Under the pieces are notes generated by a model. The model was not told the origin of the DNA, searched no databases, and saw only the letters and a program-made list of their open reading frames with translations. DNA of 34,525 nucleotides from Elusimicrobiota bacterium (GTDB lineage Bacteria; Elusimicrobiota; UBA8919). Shown one piece after another: positions 27,961-34,525 of this stretch. The first letter of the stretch is position 1. The number at the start of each line of letters is the position of its first letter. The stretch is from positions 1 through 34,525 of the forward strand of contig DMMW01000010.1 in the NCBI GenBank assembly GCA_003452965.1. The letters are read 5' to 3'. Both the position numbers and the translations under genes were made by a program.

Positions 27961-29436
27961 ATGAAAAAGTATAAAATATTCGTGAGTGGTGTGCAGAAAG
28001 AACTCAAAGCAGAACGCCGGGCAGTGAAAGATTCGATTCTCGGTGATGTCTTGCTCTCCGAGTATTTTGACGTTTTCTTGTTTGAAGATTCACCGGCTAA
28101 AAGCCATTCAGCAGAAAAGGCATATCTTGAAGAAGTCCGTAAAGGCAATATCTATATCAGCATTCTTGGCGATAAATACGGCAGCACGGGCAAGAATAAA
28201 ATTTCTCCTACCGAAGCAGAATTTCGGGAAGCAAAAACCAAGCATAAAGACATTTTAATTTATATAAAAGGTGAAAACTCCGTTGATAAAAACCGTGAAG
28301 CAGGCGTACAGAAACTTATTAAGGAGATTAAAGATTCCAAGGTGGGTTATTGTTATCGCAGATTTAATTCCATCAGCGAATTAACCAACCTTGTTTATGA
28401 AAGTTTGATTGTCTTTTTAAAAGAGAAAGGAGAAGTCGGCAGAGCCGTATTTGACCAGCGGATATGCGACAGTGCGACTTTCTCCGATATTGACGATGAA
28501 AAAGTTAAGTGGTTTTTAAAAACAGCACGAGCCAAACGGAATTTTCCACTTGCTCTTGATTCTTCAACACAAGATGTTTTTACTCATCTAAAACTTTTGA
28601 AAGACGGCAAATTGACCAACGCCGCAGTTTTATTATTCGGCAAAGAACCGAGAAAGTTTTTTGACCAGGCAAAAATCAAATGTATTCATCTGCCAAGTAC
28701 CGAAGTAGAGAAACCGTTCACATCATATCAAATTTACGAAGGGAATTTATTTGAGCAGGTGGACAAGGCAGTTAGTTTTGTATTTGATATACTCAAATTC
28801 CCTGTTATTCAGCAGGAACATACTGTCCAGGTATCTCGGCCCCGTGAAATTCCAGTATTCGTGGTTCAGGAAGCCATCGTCAACGCAGTTGCTCACCGCG
28901 ACTATAACACGACGTCCTCTGTTCAGGTAATGGTATTTCTTGACCGAGTGGAAATATGGAATTCTGGGACTTTACCAGCCCACTTAAAAATAGAAGACCT
29001 CAAAAAACCACACGCATCTCACCCGACAAATACTTTATTAGCCACAGTAATGTTTTTTGCCGATTACATTCAACAAGCAGGTTCGGGAACATTGGAGATG
29101 CTCAAACAGTGTAAGGCAAAGGGACTTCCCGAGCCGGACTTCGTATCAGTGCGGAATCTTGAATTCAAAACAATATTAGCCAGAGATATTTTTACGGAAG
29201 AGGTCTTAAATAAACTGGGATTGAATGAACGCCAGTTAAAAGCAGTAAAATATGTAAAAGAAAAAGGCAGAATAACGAATAAAGAATATCAGTTAAATTT
29301 TGGTGTTAAGAAAAGACAAGCAACAGATGATTTAAAAGATTTAGAAAATAAAGAGGTCTTAATTAAGATTGGATCTACTGGAAGGGGAACATATTACAAG
29401 GTTAATGGGGCGATAATGGGGCGAAAGGGGCAATAA
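27961..29436 (+). CDS. DUF4062 - AlbA_2/Schlafen-like - HATPase_c_4-like (RecG-C-terminal-like) three-domain protein. Candidate defence or regulatory protein.
   Basis: N-terminus KIFVSGVQKELKAERRAV...YLEEVRKGNIYISILGDKYGS fits the DUF4062 pattern (xFxSS..L..ER......P..FE......YG). Middle region KVKWFLKTARAKRNFPLALD...AAVLLFGKEP is Schlafen/AlbA_2-like. C-terminal region AIVNAVAHRDY...IWNSGTLP...QAGSGTLEM matches the HATPase_c_4 family. Domain assignments come from memory of the family consensus. Confidence 0.65.
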   Translation: MKKYKIFVSGVQKELKAERRAVKDSILGDVLLSEYFDVFLFEDSPAKSHSAEKAYLEEVRKGNIYISILGDKYGSTGKNKISPTEAEFREAKTKHKDILIYIKGENSVDKNREAGVQKLIKEIKDSKVGYCYRRFNSISELTNLVYESLIVFLKEKGEVGRAVFDQRICDSATFSDIDDEKVKWFLKTARAKRNFPLALDSSTQDVFTHLKLLKDGKLTNAAVLLFGKEPRKFFDQAKIKCIHLPSTEVEKPFTSYQIYEGNLFEQVDKAVSFVFDILKFPVIQQEHTVQVSRPREIPVFVVQEAIVNAVAHRDYNTTSSVQVMVFLDRVEIWNSGTLPAHLKIEDLKKPHASHPTNTLLATVMFFADYIQQAGSGTLEMLKQCKAKGLPEPDFVSVRNLEFKTILARDIFTEEVLNKLGLNERQLKAVKYVKEKGRITNKEYQLNFGVKKRQATDDLKDLENKEVLIKIGSTGRGTYYKVNGAIMGRKGQ

Positions 29437-29455
29437 AGGGGCGATAATGGGGCAG
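29404..29455 (+). repeat. Five evenly spaced GGGG tracts (loops 7, 5, 7, 7 nt) inside a degenerate ~11-bp tandem repeat (TAATGGGGCGA)x5. Canonical G-quadruplex-forming motif on the coding strand, spanning the last 11 codons and stop of the DUF4062 gene.
   Basis: Read directly: GGGG at 29407, 29418, 29427, 29438 and 29449. Confidence 0.7.
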
Positions 29456-29697
29456 AGCATTTAAAAAGACAGTATGTTTTTCCGATATAAAAACAGGAAA
29501 GCGCATTGGTCTCGATAAAGGCGGCCACTGGATTATCCTTCGTAGCAATAATAAAGTGGGAAAAGTTGTAGAGAAATAAAAAGAAAAATGTAAAGCGTCC
29601 ACATTTTCCTAATACACAATATGACACACAGATAAAGAACCTAAAATTAGGATTATCATTTCAAAACATAGGTCCCAAAATGACATTTATACAAGAG

Positions 29698-29866
29698 TGA
29701 CCCCACCCCCGAAAACTGTACCAGTTGAAATTAGAGTTTAGAAATGGTAAACTAAACTCATGGGGGTATGGTTATGAAACAGGGCAGGTACAAGGAAGAG
29801 CAGATTATCGGGATATTGAAGGAAGCAGAAGCCGGCATAAAGATAGATAAATTATGCCGTAAATAA
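29698..29866 (+). mobile_element. Remnant of an IS3-family (IS407-group-like) insertion sequence: a putative left inverted repeat (TGACCCCACCCCCGAAAACTG...) plus the first 30 codons of orfA (HTH transposase_8), truncated.
   Basis: 29774-29866 translates to MKQGRYKEEQIIGILKEAEAGIKIDKLCRK*, which matches the N-terminus of IS407-like OrfA (MKKRFT-EEQIIGFLKEAEAG-P-KELCRKHG...). It has an SD-like GGGGGT and an upstream TGA...CCCC terminus typical of IS3 IRs. Confidence 0.55.
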
Positions 29867-29881
29867 GGATTAAATGAGATT

Positions 29882-32800
29882 ATGAGCAATCAATTTATAA
29901 CTAATCAGGAAAAACTACTGTCGGAAGTAATAAATAATATTCTCCCATCCACACAAAAGTTAAATATCTTGGTTGGATATTTTTATTTTTCCGGATTCCA
30001 GGAAATTTATAAAAATATAGCAGATAAAGAAGTTAAAATCCTCATTGGTTTAGATATTGAAAAAGATATTTTAAACAAAGTCAAAGAATTTGAACTAATT
30101 CAATCTATAAATCTTTCCCGAAGTCAAGTAAGAGATAATTTCAATAAATCGTTTATCCAATTATTTAACGATTCAGATTATTTTGATATTGAAGAAAAAC
30201 AAGAGGCATTCCGAATATTTCTTGAAAAAATTATAAACAAAACACTTGAAATTAGAAAAACCGTCCAACAAAACCATGCAAAATTATATGTTTTTGAAAA
30301 CAAGCCGGAACATAATCAGAACGGTGAATTCTTAGGAACAATAATTACCGGTTCAAGCAACTTAACCCGTTCAGGATTAAAAGGACAGCGTGAAATAAAT
30401 GTTATATTTCGTGACAATGGCAATTACGAGGAAGCACTCAAAATATTCAACGAACTTTGGAAGGATGAAAACTCGGTAGAAATAGTCGGTAAAACTACAA
30501 CGGACAGTTTTCTTATCGAAATAATAGAAAAAATCTGGATTGATAAACTTTACGATCCATATTTATTATATATTCGTGTCTTGGAAGAATATTTTTCATT
30601 TACTAAGAAAGAAGGTATCATTCTTCCTTCCGAAATTACAAAAAATAAATTCATGAATCTTAAATATCAGAATGACGCTATTTCGCAATCAATAGAAATT
30701 CTTAACCGGCACAACGGCGTTATCATTGCGGATGTTGTTGGATTGGGAAAAAGTATTATTGCTTCTGCAGTAGCCCATAACATGGGATTACGAACAATAA
30801 TTATCTCACCACCGCATCTAATAGGGCAATGGGATGATTATCATATTGATTTTGGATTTAACGCTAAAATATTCAGCAGCGGTAAAATACAGGAAGCATT
30901 AGAATATGATTTTGCATATAATGAGCCAAAATTAATTATTATAGATGAATCGCATAAATATCGCAACGAACTAAACATTGACTACGGATATTTACATCAA
31001 CTATGCCAGGGAAACAAAGTAATTTTATTAACCGCTACGCCATTTAACAACCAACCGCAGGACATATTTTCAATGATAAGATTATTTCAAATACCTGCTA
31101 GGTCCACAATACAAACAGTAGATAATTTATCATACAGATTTAAAGAACTTATCAAGGAATATAAAGAAATAAAAAAATCACAAATACAAAAAAAGTCGGA
31201 TATGAAAGATGAAATTAAAATATTGGCACAAAAAATCCGTGATATACTTGCTCCATTGGTTATTCGTCGGTCAAGATTGGACTTGGAAAAAATTAATGAA
31301 TACCGAGAAGACCTTAAAAAACAAGGGATATCATTTCCTGAAGTTAAAGATCCTACAATTTTAGACTATCCGCTTGGAAAACTTAGTATACTTTACGAAA
31401 AAACTCTTGAAAAAATTGTATCCACGGAAGACGAATCACAGGGCTTCATGGGAACAAGATATAAACCGACAAATTATCTTAAAGAAGAACACAAAAAACA
31501 AGTTGCTGATGAATTAGGTGTAAAAGAAGATTTACTTGTACAGGTACAAATAAACCTGTCAAAATTTATGCGTCGCCTATTAGTCAGGCGTTTTGAAAGC
31601 TCGGTAAAAGCATTTCACGATTCCTTGAACTCACTAATAAAATCATCCGAATACATGCGTGATTGGTATAATAAATTTGAGAGTGTTCCAATATACAAAA
31701 AAGGTGATTTGCCGGACATAGAAATCCTTGAACAATCCACCAGTGAAGATTTAGATGAAGAACTCCAGCAGATTACATTTGACGAGCAACTAAAAAAATA
31801 TTATGACAAAGGACTTAAAATAATAAAAAAAGAATGGCTAAAAGACACTTTCATTAAAGACATTGAAAAAGACATAAAACTACTAAAAGAAATACGTGCA
31901 GAATGGTTTAAAGACGGCATCAAACACGACCCGAAATTAGAATGTTTTGAAAAAGAAATAAAGCAACAACTAAAAAAAGAACCCAACAGAAAAATAGTTG
32001 TATTTACCGAATTTTCAGATACAGCAAACTATCTATACGAAAAACTCAAAAACAAATTGAAAATATTTAAATATACCTCCGCGGACTCAAGTGAAACCAA
32101 CAAAAAAATAATCAAAGAAAACTTTGATGCCGGTAATCCTATACAAAAAGACGACTACGACATTCTTATTGCTACCGATGCAATTTCAGAAGGCTTTAAC
32201 CTTCACAAAGCAGGTATTATATTCAACTATGACATCCCATACAACCCGACAAGAGTAATACAACGGGTAGGACGTATAAACCGCATAAACAAAAAAGTAT
32301 TTAATGAACTTTACATCTATAATTTCTTTCCAACGGCTACCGGTGAAGCAGAAACACGGATAAAAAAGATATCTACATTAAAAATTTCATTATTTAATGC
32401 TTTACTTGGTACCGACATAAAAGTATTAACCTCGGATGAAGAATTGGAATCCTATTACAAAAATGAATTTATAAAATCAATGGCAAATCAAGAAGAACTA
32501 TCATGGGATGTAAAATATCGCAATGAACTTGGAATATTGAAAAATAAACATCCAGATATATTACAAAAGGCAATGGCAGTTCCCCATCGTGCCCGCATTA
32601 GAAGAACAGAAAAGAAAGATACAGCTGGAGTCATTGTATTTGCGCGAAAAGGGAAAGAATACACGTTCAAACTTGGCATTTCAAAGGAAGATTATACAAC
32701 ATTAGGTCCTGAAACTGCACTAAAACTATTTGAATCAGAAATAACCGAAAAATCGGAAAAAATAAGTAAAAACTTTGAACCGATATACCAGCATGTAAAA

Positions 32801-33121
32801 AACAACCTATTCAACAAAAAAACCCAGGTATCTTTTGATAAAGGAAAAACCGAATCAATAAACAAATTAGAAGTATTACAAGAAAAGATTCCAGATAAAA
32901 AGGACTATTTCAACGATTTAAAATATATAATAAAAGAACTGGATGCATTACCTGAAAGATATGCTAAACAAATCCGTCAAATATCAGAAAAATCCCTTAA
33001 AAAAGATGTTGAAGAACTGCAAAAAGATGTATCGCAGAAATACTTAATAGAAATCATAGAAAAAGCACGAAGAATAGAAGATGAAGCAGAAAGCTTAATA
33101 CTCACAGAAGAACTGATATAA
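29882..33121 (+). CDS. Fusion protein: N-terminal PLD-family (HKD) nuclease domain + SNF2/Rad54-like SF2 helicase/translocase.
   Basis: HKD motif NHAKLYVFEN...GSSNLTRSG. SNF2 motifs: I DVVGLGKS, II IIIDESHKYRN, III LLTATPFNNQPQDIFSMIRLF, V LIATDAISEGFNLH, VI QRVGRINRINKK. Confidence 0.8.
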   Translation: MSNQFITNQEKLLSEVINNILPSTQKLNILVGYFYFSGFQEIYKNIADKEVKILIGLDIEKDILNKVKEFELIQSINLSRSQVRDNFNKSFIQLFNDSDYFDIEEKQEAFRIFLEKIINKTLEIRKTVQQNHAKLYVFENKPEHNQNGEFLGTIITGSSNLTRSGLKGQREINVIFRDNGNYEEALKIFNELWKDENSVEIVGKTTTDSFLIEIIEKIWIDKLYDPYLLYIRVLEEYFSFTKKEGIILPSEITKNKFMNLKYQNDAISQSIEILNRHNGVIIADVVGLGKSIIASAVAHNMGLRTIIISPPHLIGQWDDYHIDFGFNAKIFSSGKIQEALEYDFAYNEPKLIIIDESHKYRNELNIDYGYLHQLCQGNKVILLTATPFNNQPQDIFSMIRLFQIPARSTIQTVDNLSYRFKELIKEYKEIKKSQIQKKSDMKDEIKILAQKIRDILAPLVIRRSRLDLEKINEYREDLKKQGISFPEVKDPTILDYPLGKLSILYEKTLEKIVSTEDESQGFMGTRYKPTNYLKEEHKKQVADELGVKEDLLVQVQINLSKFMRRLLVRRFESSVKAFHDSLNSLIKSSEYMRDWYNKFESVPIYKKGDLPDIEILEQSTSEDLDEELQQITFDEQLKKYYDKGLKIIKKEWLKDTFIKDIEKDIKLLKEIRAEWFKDGIKHDPKLECFEKEIKQQLKKEPNRKIVVFTEFSDTANYLYEKLKNKLKIFKYTSADSSETNKKIIKENFDAGNPIQKDDYDILIATDAISEGFNLHKAGIIFNYDIPYNPTRVIQRVGRINRINKKVFNELYIYNFFPTATGEAETRIKKISTLKISLFNALLGTDIKVLTSDEELESYYKNEFIKSMANQEELSWDVKYRNELGILKNKHPDILQKAMAVPHRARIRRTEKKDTAGVIVFARKGKEYTFKLGISKEDYTTLGPETALKLFESEITEKSEKISKNFEPIYQHVKNNLFNKKTQVSFDKGKTESINKLEVLQEKIPDKKDYFNDLKYIIKELDALPERYAKQIRQISEKSLKKDVEELQKDVSQKYLIEIIEKARRIEDEAESLILTEELI

Positions 33122-33134
33122 TGAAGTATAATTT

Positions 33135-34169
33135 ATGAGTGAAAATCGTATCGTTTTAGACAAAACTTATTTGAATTTCTTAAACGAAATCAAACACAAA
33201 ATTGCTTCTGCAAGAATACAAGCAAGTCGGCATTTAAATAAGGAATTGATAGAACTTTACTGGGATATCGGAAAAACAATTATTGAGAAACAAAAGCAAT
33301 ATGGATGGGGACAAAGTATCGTTGAAAAATTAGCCAATGATTTGCAAAATGGATTTCCTAATTTGCGGGGATACTCAAGTCGTAATCTATGGGATATGAG
33401 AAGATTTTATGATACATATAAAGATTCATCAATTCTGCGACAGCTTGTCGCAGAAATACCATGGGGACACAACCTAATGATTATAAACAAAATATCCAAC
33501 ATGAAAGAACGAGAATATTATATTAAATCATCGCGTGATATGGGTTGGTCCAGGAACGTACTTCTGAATCAAATTAAAGCCGGAGCATATCAATTAAGTT
33601 TAAGAAAAAAACAACACAACTTTGAAAAAGCTTTACCTGTACATCTTTCAGAACAAGCGGATGAATCACTTAAAAGTGTTTATAGCCTGGATTTTCTCGG
33701 AATAACAAGACCAGTATTAGAAAGAGAGCTTGAAAAACGGCTTATTGAAAAAATTAAACATTTTCTGCTTGAACTTGGTTCGGGGTTTTCATTCATCGGC
33801 AATCAGTATCGGCTTGAATTAGACGGCACTGAATATTTTGTTGATTTGTTATTTTTTAACCGTAAAATTAAATGTCTCGTTGCCGTTGAACTTAAAACAG
33901 GTAAATTTCAGCCCGAATATGCCGGAAAAATGGATTTTTATCTACATCTACTAAACGAACAGACCCGCCTGAAAGATGAAAACCCGCCGATAGGAATTAT
34001 TCTTTGTGCCGATAAAAGTAATATAACCGTTGAATACGCTTTAAGAAGCGTTAAAAATCCTATGGGTGTATCACAATACAATTTAACAACAAAACTTCCC
34101 GCTGAACTTAAAAAAGTTTTACCGTCGGAAAAGGAAATGAAGAATCAACTTTTAGAAGAAATTAAGTGA
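33135..34169 (+). CDS. DUF1016 / YhcG-family PD-(D/E)xK nuclease-fold protein.
   Basis: N-terminal DUF1016_N-like region (LYWDIGKTIIEKQKQYGWGQSIVEKLANDL...). C-terminal PD-(D/E)xK core: D (YFVDLLFF), ELK (AVELKTGKF). Lies 13 nt after the PLD-SNF2 gene. Confidence 0.7.
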   Translation: MSENRIVLDKTYLNFLNEIKHKIASARIQASRHLNKELIELYWDIGKTIIEKQKQYGWGQSIVEKLANDLQNGFPNLRGYSSRNLWDMRRFYDTYKDSSILRQLVAEIPWGHNLMIINKISNMKEREYYIKSSRDMGWSRNVLLNQIKAGAYQLSLRKKQHNFEKALPVHLSEQADESLKSVYSLDFLGITRPVLERELEKRLIEKIKHFLLELGSGFSFIGNQYRLELDGTEYFVDLLFFNRKIKCLVAVELKTGKFQPEYAGKMDFYLHLLNEQTRLKDENPPIGIILCADKSNITVEYALRSVKNPMGVSQYNLTTKLPAELKKVLPSEKEMKNQLLEEIK

Positions 34170-34299
34170 CAAAATACCGGAAATGATTGGTAATGCTCAC
34201 TATATAGATGTCTGTCCCTATTAAATAACATACCATCAACTGATACAGTCGCAAGAGGACAATATAGTGAAGTAAAAAAAACGACAAATTGTCCGCCAT

Positions 34300-34525
34300 T
34301 CGATGAATGGTGGAACAAAAGTGATTGGCTGTGTTGGTTGTAGGGATTTGCGATGTCTTGTAGTGGCAGGGTTTCCCTGCCTCCGCCAGTTGGCAGATGT
34401 AGCCGCAGAGCGAAGCTCTGCCTATATTGTCATTCCTGAATGTCTCTATCAGGAATCCAAAAATGGGTACAACAAATGTCGTATTGAAAGCCTATTCGCC
34501 GAAACTCTCGTAGTGTAGGCGGGAC
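34300..34525. other. GC-rich (about 50% against a ~30% background) non-coding segment carrying several perfect hairpins. Possible structured RNA or recombination site. It continues past the window edge.
   Basis: Hairpins read directly: GGCAGGG-ttt-CCCTGCC (34365-34381), GCAGAGC-gaa-GCTCTGC (34405-34421, the GCGAAGC mini-hairpin motif), ATTCCTGA-9 nt-TCAGGAAT (34432-34456). The overlapping 71-aa ORF is probably spurious. Confidence 0.35.

Noticed and set aside
34303-34518. 71-aa ORF in the GC-rich tail
   Set aside because: It has a Cys/Arg-rich composition typical of a spurious reading of GC-rich structured DNA, no RBS, and runs to the window end.
34300-34525. tRNA, tmRNA, RNase P or SRP RNA in the GC-rich islands (7714-7927, 16358-16431, 34300-34525)
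   Set aside because: None of the conserved boxes was found: T-loop GTTCRANYC, tmRNA termini, RNase P GGAAAGTCCGG, SRP GGAAGGAAGCAGC.

Overview
AT-rich (about 30% GC) bacterial chromosomal segment of 34.5 kb, probably from a diderm anaerobe. Left to right it carries: (i) a minus-strand sugar-phosphate operon with a DhnA-type class I aldolase, a class II aldolase and a linker-SDR protein (a split 'bifunctional aldolase/short-chain dehydrogenase'), with an 8-bp microsatellite in between; (ii) cupin, CE7 acetyl-esterase, a divergent UNG-type uracil-DNA glycosylase and a G-domain-less YchF-like protein, with duplicated gene-end fragments in the spacers; (iii) a URO-D-like protein, L-lactate dehydrogenase and a GC-rich hairpin-rich 102-bp tandem repeat; (iv) an osmoadaptation cluster: otsA, an orphan histidine kinase, a ClC chloride channel, otsB carrying a duplicated 5' end and a palindrome-bearing insert, a two-repeat hypothetical protein and a TreT-type trehalose synthase; (v) a minus-strand secreted CE4 deacetylase, a small zincin, an RND pump and a TolC-like OMP with no adaptor gene; (vi) an SPFH/band-7 protein with a zinc-ribbon membrane partner, alpha-glucan phosphorylase and pyruvate kinase; (vii) a defence/mobile island at 27.1-34.2 kb: truncated ATPase fragments, a DUF4062-Schlafen(AlbA_2)-HATPase_c_4-like protein ending in a G-quadruplex-like repeat, an IS3-family (IS407-like) orfA remnant, a PLD-nuclease::SNF2-helicase fusion (1079 aa) immediately followed by a DUF1016 PD-(D/E)xK nuclease, and a GC-rich hairpin-dense non-coding tail at the window edge. 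The PLD-SNF2 + DUF1016 pair, with the DUF4062-Schlafen protein next to it, is the best candidate for an undescribed defence module. No rRNA, tRNA or CRISPR array is visible.
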